A stretch of DNA of 64,000 bases from the human T2T-CHM13v2.0 reference genome, Homo sapiens. The notes under the pieces were generated by a model. That model made no database searches, was not told the origin of the DNA, and was given only the letters and a program-made list of their open reading frames with translations. The translations under genes and the position numbers were made by a program. Below are positions 31,292 through 46,358 of the stretch, piece after piece. The first letter of the stretch is position 1, and every line of letters begins with the position of its first letter. The DNA lies in assembly GCF_009914755.1 (NCBI RefSeq), contig NC_060925.1. One strand, 5' to 3'.

Positions 31292-31509
31292 TAATATTAT
31301 TATTATTATTTTAGAGATGAGGTCTTGCTATGTTGTCCAGGCTGGCCTCAAACTCCTAGGCTCAAGTGATCTTCCTGCCTTAGGCTCCTGAGGATCAGGA
31401 GGTTTTCACCACGTTGGCCAGATTGGTCTCTTACTCCTGACCTAAGGTGATCCACTCGCCTCAGCCTCTGAAAAGCTGGGATTACAGGTGTGAGCCTCCG
31501 CACCCAGCC
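31292..31509 (-). mobile_element. Fusion of two Alu left-arm fragments (FLAM/J-like + S-like)
   Basis: Two successive left-monomer segments joined at ~31385-31401. Confidence 0.8.
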
Positions 31510-31789
31510 ATATTTTTTATAGGTTTTGTTAGATTTGGGTTCAACATTTTTTGGAAGAATACAAGTATTATTCTGCTTCCTACTGAGAGGGGGCCTTAAA
31601 AAGCAGATGGCATTTGAGACAGTGTGGATGGAAGCATGTGAGAGACAGTAAGGGTAAACAATACAGGTAAAGAACAAACATGAGCAAAGGCACAGATGGA
31701 ACAAGTGTGTGATATGTTCAAGGAAAGAAACTACATTAACTAGAGATAAGATTTTCAATACTGTTCACTGCACTTTATACACAGAGTAC

Positions 31790-31900
31790 ATCCCATTCAG
31801 CCCTGCTGAATCAGCATATCTAGGGATGAAGGCTCAGATACCTTTATTTTTACAAAGTTCCCAAGAAAATTCAATACTTTACCAGGTCTGAAACTTACTG
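31790..31900. mobile_element. MER5-family fragment
   Basis: ctgctgaatcagcatatctaggg...ttttacaaagttccc...tgaaacttactg. Confidence 0.55.
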
Positions 31901-31929
31901 TCCCAGAGAATAGTGTACCTGTAAGTAGC

Positions 31930-32250
31930 TTGTTCGTGGTATGTCAAGCTCATTCCTACTTCAGGGACCTTTTTATTACGACTTATAGCAACTTCTCTTC
32001 ATTGAATTCTCAGCTTGTCACTTTCTCAGTAAAGTCTTACCTGATCACTGTTTAAAGTAACCACCACTATTTTATTTCTTAGAACTTAACTGATATTATC
32101 TTGTTTGTTTTTAGCATATTTTCTTCATTAGAATGTATGCTCCAAAAGAACGTGAATCTTGTCTTGTTTACTATAATTCTAATGCCTAGAAGAGGTATGG
32201 GGTACATAAAAGGTAGACACTAAATATCCACAGAATGAATGGATAAATTT
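31930..32250 (+). mobile_element. L2 3' end
   Basis: ttagaatgtatgctcc...gtcttgtttact...tgcctagaa...gaatgaatgga. Confidence 0.7.
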
Positions 32251-32583
32251 GGCTGACTTAGGAAATTCTTTTTGGAATATTCTTATGTAATGTAGATAGA
32301 AAATAATAAAATTATTCTTTAAGCTTTTCTTCACTGAGATTGGTTAGTAAATACTTCTTGAGAATTTCTTTTTGTCATTTTAGATGTTTTACTCTGTGAT
32401 AGCCCATGTCACCTTACTGGTTAACAGAAAAAATTTGGGCAGCATTTCATAGAAGACAACTGCAACTCTGAACATCTATCCAATCAGTTCAATAATAATT
32501 TCCAAATGTACTTAATGGCCTATTAAATCAGTAATTAGAAATCAAATTTTGCTAGGCTGCAAAAGATGTCAGAATTATGTATG

Positions 32584-32677
32584 CTCAGACTAAGATATTT
32601 TAAAATTAAAATTGTATTTAATTAGCATTCCTCAGAGAAATATATTTTAAAATTAAAATTTTATTTAATTAGTGTTC
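32584..32677. repeat. 47-bp degenerate tandem duplication
   Basis: ctcaga...atattttaaaattaaaatt(g/t)tatttaattag...ttc x2. Confidence 0.85.
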
Positions 32678-34104
32678 CCATAATCTATATTAAAAATTTA
32701 TTTGTATCCTGCTGACTTACAAAAATATATGCAGGGCAGGGTAAAGATACAAAAAGAGCTTGTGGTGGTTAAAAAAATTCAATGACATAAAACAGTTAAC
32801 AACCACAAAAAAAAAAAAAAAAAAAAAAAGCCCAGCAAAGAAAATGATTTAAGGTTTAAGGAAAAGAAAAAATATTAATAAAGCAAAAACATTTTAATAT
32901 AGATAATTTTGTGAGTGTTTGAAAACATTTCCTCCCTTTCATCCACACTTTTGTGAGCTAAAGTTAATGGATTTCTATTGCATTCCTGTTGTCACTACTA
33001 CCAAATGCTTTCGTATGGATGAGGCAGATACCTGGTTATTTAAGGAGCAGGATAAATGGGCCAAGACAGCTTTCCCTATCCCCAATTCACCAGGGAACAT
33101 TTGAAAATTCCACCTGACATGAGGACAGCACTGTGCTCTTAAACAATCTGCAGTTTGATCCGATTGTTCCCCAGTGGGGGAGGTAGGCCACAGCTCACTC
33201 AAGAGTCATTGATTGGATTAACAGCCTAATTCCCAACAGATGAATAGAATACTGATGTCTTGTCAGCCCAGATCACAAAAGGAAAACACAATCTGCTTCT
33301 ACAGCTCAGAGATTTAACCCTCTATTTACCCTGAAGCTACAATGTCAGTTTTGAGTACTGTAATTTATTCATAACTATTTGCCTATAAATATTATCAAAT
33401 GTGGTTTCATCACCACCCACAAGCTTTCATCCCCCTTTATGGTATTTTTTTTTAAACACTTGCCATGGACTAGGGGATATGGTAATTTTAAAAAATGTTT
33501 AAAAACATGAAAAGATTTTTATTTCAATTTTTACTGTACACATTAGTCTTGCCGCCTAAATTCTTTCCTGGGTCTCCTAAAAAAAAGTTAAATAAGCTGT
33601 TTTATTTAGGGCCCCGATAAAGTAGGACTGCCGATGAAAGAAAAGTAACAAAACCCATGCATTCAAAGATAAAACTATTTTGAGCTATTTTTTCTAGTAT
33701 AAGTGACTGGTTTTAAGGAGAATGAATGACTGTATTAAAGGGAATAGATTCTCAATAAATGTTAGCTTTAGTTTTATTCCCCTGCTGCACCTCTATCTAC
33801 CAGCCCTTCTGTAATTTAACAACTTTTGTGTATGACTGTGCAACTAAGAACCAAATAAGAAGGTCTTATTTCTGATATAGTTTTTAAAAAATAAGAATAA
33901 AACACGTCCTCCAAGTCACTTATGAATTAGAATTCTATAATAAAGACATACGCAACATTGTCTCTGAATAGTAAAGCACACAAAGATGCAGTATTCCAGG
34001 TGGCTTTAATAATACCTTATTTTGTATACCTTTCTGCATGCTGTATACTGTCAATGTAACAACAACAAAAAAGATTTATGTCAATTGTGAGTAAAAACAA
34101 TGAT

Positions 34105-34325
34105 GGTAGTGGCTAATGCTGTTTACCGCACTAGGCAATTTTTACATGAGTTCTTTTATTAATCTCATCCAACCACCTTATGAAATAGGTACTAAGTTAT
34201 CTCATTTCACAAATGAAGAAACTAACGCTTAGGTTAAGTAACTTGTCCAAGGTCACATGATTTGTAAGTGGCAGAGTCAGAACTTAGAAGGTCTCTGGCT
34301 CCCAACCTTATGCTCTTAACTATGA
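34105..34325 (-). mobile_element. MIR (MIRb-like)
   Basis: catttcacaaatgaagaaact...ggttaagtaacttgtccaaggtcaca...gtaagtggcagag. Confidence 0.85.
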
Positions 34326-34801
34326 CTGGGATTTCATGGGTTTCTCTGTGTATCTTCATACGTATATGGAGGTTTTACAGTATTCTAATCTTAAGATTCA
34401 TTCTTCTCTTTGAGTATGTTACCATTCTTTTGGGAAAACATCTTTAAGTGCATGTCCTGTACTGACTTTTCTTTTTCTTTAGGACATTTCAGCAAGGATG
34501 TCATAATAGCTCACTAAAATTAGCCATGTCAAAACCAGAGCTCATTATTTTTTTGCCCATAGCTTTGAAGTCATGTTCAACTTCTCTTTTATTTTTTATA
34601 TTATCTTTCATCAAGTGAGGTTGATTGAATTCTCCTTCTGTACTATATATATCTCTGGTTCTTTCTTTTTCCACAGTAATGAACTCTATCCAGGCCCTCA
34701 CTTCCTAATCCACTAACTCCTACAAGAGCTTCCTTAATAATTTATGTAGTCTCCCATCCCTTTTGCAAGCATTGTCTTATGCATGCCACTACTCTGTTTA
34801 A

Positions 34802-35495
<694 letters not shown>

Positions 35496-35588
35496 TATTG
35501 TTATTATTTTTTAAATTAACATCGTATATACAGGAAGTTTAGATCAGTTCAAATATGATAATATATCGTATAATGAAAATAGATTGTT

Positions 35589-35892
35589 GGCTGGGCGTGC
35601 TGGTTTCCGCCTGTAATCCCAGCACTTTGGGAGGCCGCGGCAGGTGGACTGCTTGAGTTCGTAAGTTCAAGACCAACCTGGGCAGTATGGCGAAACCCCA
35701 TTTCTACAAAAAAAATACAAAAATTAGCCAGGTTGTGGTGGTGTGTGCCTGTAGTCTCAGCTACTTGGGAGGCTGAGGTGGGAGGATGGCTTGAGCATGG
35801 GCGGCGGAGGTTGCAATGAGCTAAGATTGAGCCACTTGCACTCCAGCCTGGGCAACAGAGCCAGACCTTGTCTCAAAAAAAAAAAAAAACAA
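35589..35892 (+). mobile_element. AluJ
   Basis: Full sense Alu; TSD agattgtt. Confidence 0.92.
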
Positions 35893-36189
35893 AGATTGTT
35901 CATATTTGGTATTATGATATTATATATTATAATCTAATTCCTTATGGTTACACTTCTATCATAACCATTACAGTAAAAGACACTTTTGAAAACTAACAAT
36001 GACTGACAGGAAGAGACGATTACATTATTTGGAAAGAGACAAGGAAAAAGCTCAACTAACACCAATTTAAAAAATAATTCACAAGATATTGACAGCATAA
36101 AAGATTTTTAATGACACTACTGAGCTTTCCACAGATCTTTCTTGATTCAGACATGCTGTTCTTTAAGAAAATTAAAACATATTTATATA

Positions 36190-36370
36190 TCTTTTTACAC
36201 AACACTTTATATGTGCCAACTTATTTGAAACTAACATCCTGAAATAAGTAAGGTAGGTAATAGTAGCTATATTTCGTGGATAAGGAAACTCAAGTTCAAC
36301 AAGATTAAATGACCTGCCCCCAAATGATAGCATGCCAAACAGCAGAGTTAGGGCTTAAATTTATGTTCCT
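36190..36370 (-). mobile_element. MIR
   Basis: gataaggaaactcaag...agattaaatgacctgccc...gcagagttagggc. Confidence 0.7.
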
Positions 36371-37169
36371 CGATACAAATGGAATAAGTAAAGAAACGGC
36401 AAGTCTTGAGATATTAATGTCTAATTCCCATTTTTAGAGCACAAGCAAAAGTTATTGTTCAATTTGGATAATAAAACACAAGCTACTAATATTCTGGCTA
36501 GCCAAGATCCCTCTGCATCCCTGCCCCAAATATGCTGCTGACATTCATTCAGATAAGCATGAAGAAATCCAACTAAGAGAAGAAAGGACAGCCTCAATAA
36601 TCAAAAAAGGTAACTTTATACTAAGATTAAATGATCTAAAACAAGTGTTTTGAAGATACAAATATCACAAACACATTCTATCACCAGCACACATCAAGAC
36701 AGGTCTCAGTAGAGGTTCCCTAGAAGCTGGAAGACCTTCAGGAAGATGATCCTCAAAGTCTTCCTCTTCTCAGTATATGAAAGAAGGAGCAACAGTGTGC
36801 ATGAAGAAGCAGAACTGCTTCCCTACAGGTGAAAGACTTGGCAAGACTTTCATGGTGCTAGAGACTTGATGCTCTTGCCAGCAGAGCTTATTTCATAAGC
36901 TCTTGTAATTCTTTGGTCGTTCATATTGTGTTAACTCTTGAATTTGGGGTAAAATTTTATAGCCCTCAATAACATAAATTGGGCATACAGAAATCATTGT
37001 TCTGGATACTTTGGTCAGGGATAAAGTTGCCTAACAATGCTGGAAAGTATGGTAGCCATTAAAAAGAAAAATTCCTTGAAAGTCATGTTGTTTTTAACAA
37101 AGAGGTTTTCACATTCTACATGTCTGCAACTTTAGACTTCTATCATGTAATACAAAAACAGCACTTTAG

Positions 37170-37515
<346 letters not shown>

Positions 37516-39461
37516 TCATATTAACTTTGGTTATCCTTAAAAAAAAAAGTAACATTAGCAATATCATACAGAAACCCAAAAAAAAAAACCCCAAAAGAAA
37601 AACAATTTTAATAACAAAATCAAATCAATGATGTACTCTTTGTGGTAAAAGAAATATATTTTGTCTGATTATGGAAACCAGGTTAAAGATGAGGGCTTGA
37701 ACAGTTGTGTCCTGAAACTAGCAGACTGCAGGTTTTATAAATACATACAGAAATAATTAAAATATAAGGGGTTTAGAGGGATTAATCTCCTTTGAATAAT
37801 CTCTGCCACAAAGCCTGTAAAGACACTGCTGGCACCAGGCCCATGTCAGACCAGCTGTCGGATATCAGAGCAGTGGAGAGATTAACTGCTACCACTTCTG
37901 CACTGACCTCCTCTATGCAGTCTTCTCTGGACTCCATCTTCAGTACTTACTGCACCAGAAGTAAACTTTAGCTTAATAATACCAGTACAATGTGGAAAAT
38001 TATCATTTGACTTGATTTACCTATCCTTTGCTGAGGATAAAAAAAAGAAGAAAGGTGGTGCTGGAAGGGAATCACAAAATACAGGGCTCCAAGGACTCTA
38101 GGGAAATGCAGAACGGCTCCAGAAAAGTGCTGATTACCTGATTTCATTCATTTAACCCACGGCAATTTCAAAGTCACCTTTAATTATTTTCAAACTGAGT
38201 TTTAAGTAATGCAGATAGTACCCTTAATCCCAAAGGAAGCACAAAGCGACTGATAACTCTTTTAAAATAACATTTATTTTACTTGAAAGCTAGCCACAAA
38301 TTCAACGTATATTTTTTAAAAGGTGACAGTGCCAATAAATAAAACAAAAATATTTATAATACTGAGTGAGATGGATTTTTTTTGGCCCCCCTCTATCGCT
38401 ATTATACAGTATTTCCAGGACTTTAGAAGGAAACCATTAAAAAAATAGCTTTGAGGATGACATGAAATCAATGTATCTAAAACCCCCTGTAAAAATATAA
38501 AGTGTCACGCAAATATAAGATGCCTGTATTATTTTATGAAAAGGATTTGTTAGGATGGAATTTACTTGGATTGATGGAAGAAAAGTGTTAAACAAAAGAA
38601 AATTATGAATTACTACCAAGCATTTAGACATTTAGAAGATATATATGTACTCATCATCATATGTATTTTTCCACCAGAAGAAAATGAGACTGGTTGCTGC
38701 ACTACCTTCTTTCAGTGGGGTCCATCCTGGTTCCTAAGCCTCTTTTATTCTTGCTTTGCTGTTATGACTTTTAGATAAGTCAACAAATCCCTCTCTTAGA
38801 ATTTCTTCTTGTCAAATAATGGTGTTTTTTTTGTCTCCTATTTATTTCCAAAGTGCATTTTAAGAACAGATGAATAAATGGCATGTAACTCTAGACTCTA
38901 GAGAAGACCATTATGTCAATTCTAAGTATTTTTAAGTAAAATATTACAGACATAGAAAGTGAGATATTCCAGATAACATTATTATTTACTACGCAAAAAT
39001 AATTTTAAAAAATCAGAATATCAAACTTACTTTTTAATTTTTTATTGAATAACAAGGTACTTTGGGTTTTTACATAGATAAAGGCAGAAGTTTTGATAAA
39101 AAGAACTTTTTTAATAGGATATAAACAACAGCTTTATTATGCAATTGGTTATAGAAAACACATTCAGTTTCTATTCTTTAAAGAACACACAGGGACCTAA
39201 GTTTTCTCTTCTGCACCTTCTCTAAAATGAAAGTTCTATCTTCATGTTATTTCCCCCCTTCAGACTGGGTTTTAAAAACTGCCAATTAAGGAGACAAACG
39301 TCCAAAAAATGCCCATCCACTCAAGACTGTATTGGTATCCATCAGCACATTTTTCACCTATTAGGATGCTCTCAGATGTTAATGACTTTCAGAACTAACT
39401 GATTTGATTCAAAATATGAACCACTAATCCAGAGGTATCTCTTTTCACACATGCCCTTGGC

Positions 39462-39645
39462 CAGTGGTTCTCCAACTGTGGGTCCCAGATCAGCAGTATC
39501 AATTTCACCTGGGAACTTGTTAAAAATGGAAATTCTCAGGCTCCACCAGAGACCTAATGAATCACAAACTCTGGGGTGGGGCCCAGCAATTTGTTTTAAC
39601 AAGCTCTATGTAATTCTAATGGAATCTAACATTCGAGAACCACTG
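39462..39645 (+). mobile_element. MER5A (hAT-Charlie MITE)
   Basis: TIRs cagtggttctc/gagaaccactg; degenerate 8-bp TSD cccttggc/ccctatgc. Confidence 0.88.
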
Positions 39646-42600
39646 CCCTATGCTAGTAAATTCTCTGTAAAGGAGCACTATCTTTTGGACAAACAGAAGT
39701 CAACCTTTGTGAAGTAATTAAATGTGACAAAAAAATTATTAAAATATTATTTTAAATAATATTATCTTATTCCTTAATTTTAAAATTTAAACATACTTGG
39801 CAGAATTTCTTTTCATCTTCAAGTGAAAGGCTACCCATTAAGGAGAGCATTATAGTCTGGTACACTGTTTTTATAGTTCTATAACATAAACTGACATTTA
39901 TTGGAGCTTCACATAAGGTTTTTCCATCAACGGATGTGTTGGAAGAGTAATAACCAAGTATGCTGTGTTGGGCAAATACCTACACATCAGGACACTTTTC
40001 AAAGCCATCACGCAAAGGGGGGTCAGTTGAATTTTTTTTACTGCACAGGCTAATGCTTTAAGAGTGTCTTGATGGAATCAAGGAAATTGGATTGTCCCCC
40101 CATTTGCTGGGCTAAAACAAGCCTTTTTTATTTATCCCATTAGAGGAACACAAGAGAAACCTTTTAAATGTCACTAAAAATTTCCCTGCTTTGCAAAGCC
40201 CAGTCAAAAGGGTTTTAATTTTCTCTGAGAACTCTTAAGTAATGCAGTATGTCAAGGTTTAATAAATTGTAGGTGGGGATAGTTTTTGTTACAAGCAACT
40301 TTTTTTTTCCTTTTTTTTTTTTTTTTTAAACAGGTGCTTAGATATGCTTAGGCTTCTTTATATTGAGAGGATGTCAGGGCGCTACCTTAAAGAGCAGAGA
40401 ACTAGACCTCAGTCCAAATAACAAACAAATAATAGAATCTGTAAAGTATCTGTAAAATCTGTAAACACATAATGGAATCTGTAAAATATTTCAAAAAAAT
40501 TTTATAACTTTTTTAAAAGAAAATGTTTTAAAATGTATTAAAAGTAATGATTAGTAATTCTATAAGTGATGCTTCTCTGTTGAGCTTCTTGAATAATTTC
40601 TTACGGGATTTGGTCTTGAAGAAAGCCAACCCTCAAAGGAGAGCACAGAGATTAGGCATTCAATGGCCTTCCAATAGAGACAGTATCTAGCAAAAACAGA
40701 TACTGTATTCCCAAGCCATGCAGATAAATGCCTATAATGGGGTAAAACCCCACATTTTACAACTTTCAAAATACCACAGAAACATCAATCAATAAAACCA
40801 GGGTTATTTATATGTTATATGGATTACATACATCCTTAGAAACATAATAAAGAGGTGGTTTACACTTACTTTCTCTGAACATATATTTATTTTGCTGTAT
40901 TTATTGAACATTCTAGGTTTTATATTGTTGCTGTTGATTCCCCCCACCCCCATTCAATAAAATATTAAAAGTACTGCCAACCACAAAATGTTATAGAGGG
41001 AACACAATAGGGAACTTTTAAAAAATGAGAATCTATTCTGAGATAGACACGTGACTATCTATAAATGAAGGTGGTTCCTCTCCTGAATCATCACCTTAAT
41101 AGAAATATCTTTAATCATACTAAAATGAGAGAAATGTACATTATCCATTCCCTAGCTCCCCACACCAAATGAAGAGAAAGAGAGGGAGAGAGGGACAAAA
41201 GAAACTGTGCTAAGGGCAAAATACTTAGTATTTTCAAATGGAATAATGAATAATTAAGTTATATCAACTATTCTTTTATTACGTGCATTTAAAAAGTACT
41301 TTTAGCTCACAACAGGGCCAGATGGTATGAGATTCAACAATGACATAGTTCTACAGGGAAATCCTCAGGCTGCTAGTGCCACTTTACTAACTGCTATGTT
41401 TTGAGTCCACCCTATGACCACAGCTGCTCCAGAGGGAGACCAAATGCCAACTGACAAAAGAAGGTGAAACAGGATGGGAAAAAAAAGATGACTGTTTTGT
41501 CATGTAACAATCAGCTATCCCTATACCTTAAATAAATATGCTTTAATAATTAGAATTCATATTCAAGTGCTAGTATGTTCTTTTATGGAAACCCCAGCTT
41601 TACTACTTAAGTTCCTAATGCATTCACTATTAATCATTCTATCCTTCATACATAGAGAGATGTAGTTTTTCTTTCTTAGCTGTTGGCAATGACAACTCAG
41701 AAGCTCCAGATAAAATTCTGAGTTGTTAGGCCTTAAAAGTTGAGATGGTTCAAAGTCACCAAATCTATCAACACTGGTAAAAATACTACTAATTTTAAAA
41801 AGACAAACTAATAAGCAACCAAAGGGAAAAGAAGCTAAACATGGAAGGAAGTATATTTAGAAAAGCGATTATGTAATGAATATTTAATCATTACAAAGAG
41901 CCTGCCATTGGCTTAACTTCATCACTGTTGGCATAGAACCTACGCTAATCCCAAATCCCAACACTCAGGTGACTAGAGAAGTTGAGAAACTTTAATATTC
42001 TCTTTGCTGGGATGCAGGGATTCTCACTCTGAATTCTTGCATTCCTAGGATAGCCAAGGGCGGGCTCTGGCAAATGTATTAACTTATTAACATATTTTGC
42101 AAAAATTTAACGTGTAGGTCCTTTTTCTCTGGTGTTCATAACTTTCCTCATATTCTTCCTAAAATGGTTAAAGACCACTGTTGTGAGATAGCAGTACAGA
42201 TTAAACAGGATTGGCCACAAATTGGTAATTGCTGAAACTAGATATTCTCTTTATTTTTGTACCTCGTTGAAGTTTTTGTAATTAAAAGGTTATTTTTAAA
42301 ACGATTGTGAGGAAAGAATTCATTATGTACAAAATAAATTTTGATAGAGGACTGTGGAATTATCTAAGTGAACTAATGTGAATAATAATTCTATTTTTCC
42401 TTATGAGCTAAGTGAAAATGAAATAAAAGTTTTGTAATTTACAAGTGTAGAAAACAAAAGTATGGAAATTTTTCATGTCAAAGCTTTCAGTGAGGCAAGT
42501 TAGTTTACTTTTGAGTTCCTTATTTTGTTTTACGAAATGTTAAAAGTTGATGAAAAAGCAGGAAAAAAGGAGAGAAAATGTAACGGGCAAAGCAAAGACT

Positions 42601-43419
42601 GCAAAGACAGTGGTGGTTTGGTCCTTGGGAGGGAGGAGTGAAAGGAATGAAGTGATGGGTCTAATCAAATCACTTAAAAAAGCAGCAGCTTCTCAGAGTT
42701 AACCTTGCCAATCAGAGTGAGCAGGAGCAGGAGCGGGAGCATGCTTGTGCACATTAAACTTCACATGTGTCCTTGAACCTATGGTGCACTTCCTCCTCCC
42801 ACAGCAGCCAGGGAAGGCTTTGTAATGCTCATCCTTAGAGAGAACCTTGAATTCCATTAGAAAGCTCCACAAAATGGAGAAACCCTCAAGTGGCAGCTTG
42901 AACCACATAGACAGCTCATACCCTTTACTGATATTAGAAGTAAGCTCATGGGATTAAGTCGGCAAGTACTAGAAAATTAAAAAGTATGAACACACTGACA
43001 AATGCCATGATACCAACAAGAATACAAGATGTGTCTAAGCCTTTTTTCCTGCTTTTTCTTTACCTTTTTAAAAAAAGGGATGGCAAATATTTAAAACAAT
43101 GCTACAATAAAGACTGGGCACTAAGTCTACAAAGAAACTCTATAACTTGTCTGGCTAATATTGGGCTAATATAATATCTACATCTATACAGTGATTTGCT
43201 ATAAAACCATTCACTTATTGATGGCCTAGCACATTTTACAAATAAGCTACACTTTAAGAGGAACAGTAAAGGCAGACACCTTGCCTTTGATGTCACATCT
43301 ATTAAGTTACAGCTCTACTCTGTTCCCTACCAGTGATAAGACATCTTATATAATGTACATTTTTAGTGTTACATGTTTAAAAAGGGACATTGATTCAGTA
43401 ATGAGCCACTAGGTTGGTG

Positions 43420-44068
<649 letters not shown>

Positions 44069-44209
44069 TTACAATTATTATTTATTCAAGGTCATAGTTA
44101 GTGGCAGAATAGAAATTGGAATTCAGGTAACGTGACTCCAAACACAGTCTTTCCAAACACAAGGTTATAAACTCCTCAAAAGTCTTCAGGCAAAAATATA
44201 AAAGACTGA

Positions 44210-44460
44210 GGTCAACTGGGTCAGGGAAACTGAAGAGTTCAAAGCCTGTCAACAGAGGGCAGTAGGTACTCAGCTCTAGTTGATAGAAGAACGTGCCCAC
44301 GATTGCCATATTTGCAGATTTTTCAAGAGAAGTCTAAAATCTGTACTTTTATATGAAATTAACTGACAGTTAATTATAAATAAATTGTGGACTAACACTA
44401 CAGGTGTCAAACAAAAACAGATCTATGGGCTGCACATGACTTATACTGTTTTGTGACCAT
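44210..44460 (+). mobile_element. MER102 (hAT-Charlie)
   Basis: tactcagctc...gatttttcaagagaag...ttttatatgaaat...caaacaaaa. Confidence 0.7.
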
Positions 44461-45904
44461 GAGACTTTACTCAAAAACTCCATTTCCAAACTACTGATTT
44501 TAAAAAATCCTTCTCTGGAGTCTTCAAATTTATCAACATCCTTTTTGAAATACAAAAATCTAAGCTTTATGTTTTATATTAATTACATCCTAATAATTGC
44601 TATGTATATAACAGTACTTTGCCCTGGCCTTTATAGATTATATTCCTATTACTGTAATGGCAGCAGTAAATTTGCTTTGTAAGAGCAACACTACATTGCC
44701 ATCTCATTGTTTACCTACGGTCCACAATAGCCGTCAAATTTTCTACTGATGATATTTGTGCATAAACAATCTCTATACATGTATACATGCATATGGTCCA
44801 CAAGTATATTTAAATATGCTCCATATTCTATAATTATTTCACGGAAAAATTACTTTTCTTTGAAGAGTCTTTTTTTTCTTATCTTTTTCCCATCTTTCAG
44901 GCATTAATCACTCTGAGTATATCAGTTTGATCAAAAGCAATATTGACCATTTCTAGAACTTACTCTGTTTACTTAGTATAACTAAGCAAATTGCTTGGTC
45001 TCATTTGCAAGCATTTTGTTATTCTGTGTAATTCCTTCATCATTAATTGGTTCTTATAATGTTACATTTAAAAGAACATTTAAAATTTAGCAACACTAGG
45101 CATAGCCAAATATATTTTATAACATGCACATACTTATTTAAATAGCACATCTCAGAAACCATCAATGAGCCACCAGTTCAACATTCAAACAAGTTAGTTC
45201 TTTTAAGGCAGATGATTAACTAATTTCCTGAATTCAATGAGGAAGAATTGCCTGACATTTTAAAAATTGAAAGAATTACAGAATTAATTCAATTCTGAGG
45301 GTACCATCAACTTTAGACTACAAAATGTTATGATTCAGTTGTAGGTAGCTTAGACATTTAGAAACCTTTATGGTGAAGACGGTAGGTTTTCCTGGGGATA
45401 AAAACTAATTCTTTTGTTTTCAAGCTTACAATAGTGCAAAATGTCAACAATTTCTGGTTAATAGCAGTACCAAGAGAGAATGTAGCCAGGGGACCATTAA
45501 GAAGGAGCAATTTACTATAGCAGGTCATAACACTTTGACAGTGTCCTATAATTCAGTTAGATGTAAAAATAAGATGACACTGGGTGTTCTCTGAACTCAG
45601 AGTAATTTGAACTTGATTCACACTGTACTGTGAGCCAGCTGTTCATTCTCAGATATAAACTTAGCAAAGGAAGTGACTATTCAATATAAAAATGACAGAG
45701 AAATAACTGATTAAACAAAATTGTGAATAGGAATATGGGTTAAAAGTTACACTGAAAGGAAAAGCCTGATGAATAAAATGTCATCTACATATATGAATTT
45801 CATTATATATAATATAGAAGATATGAGGAACTTATTACTATATCCTCATAAAATGCATCCGATAGCTATGAATTCTAGAAGCACTGAGTCAGTATGATAA
45901 ACTA

Positions 45905-46150
45905 TGACGGCAACACAATGCAGGAAAAAAAGGGTGGAATCTGCAGTGAAAATACCAGGGGGCTGTGAACCCTGGTTATACCACTTACTAGCTTTGTGTC
46001 CTCAAGCAATTCACATAACCTCTCTGAGCTTTAGTTTCCTCAACTGTAAAATGAAGATAATGCTACACAGATTCCTGTAAGGATAAAATGAGCTAATACA
46101 GAAAAACATACTTTGCAGAATAGAAACGTGATTAAAATGTTCGATCTGTA
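45905..46150 (+). mobile_element. MIR
   Basis: ccacttactagct...acataacctctctgagc...tttcctcaactgtaaaatgaagataat. Confidence 0.85.
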
Positions 46151-46358
46151 AATACTGGTTTAATAATCTTTGTTCACAATTTTCAGACTTCCTTTGCATT
46201 GGCATTTGTCTTTTTGTTAGCCCAGAAACTCTGCCTATGTTTTTGCAGATGTAGAGATTTCTTTGCATAAGGGAATGAATAAATTTGTTTCATTAGTCAA
46301 CAAATACTTACAAAATGACTCCAAGTTCCAGGACTTAAATAATACTAAAGTATTGGTA

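Noticed and set aside
40435-40490. Repeated atctgtaaa units as a CRISPR-like or functional array
   Set aside because: Eukaryotic context and only four short irregular units; this is simple slippage.
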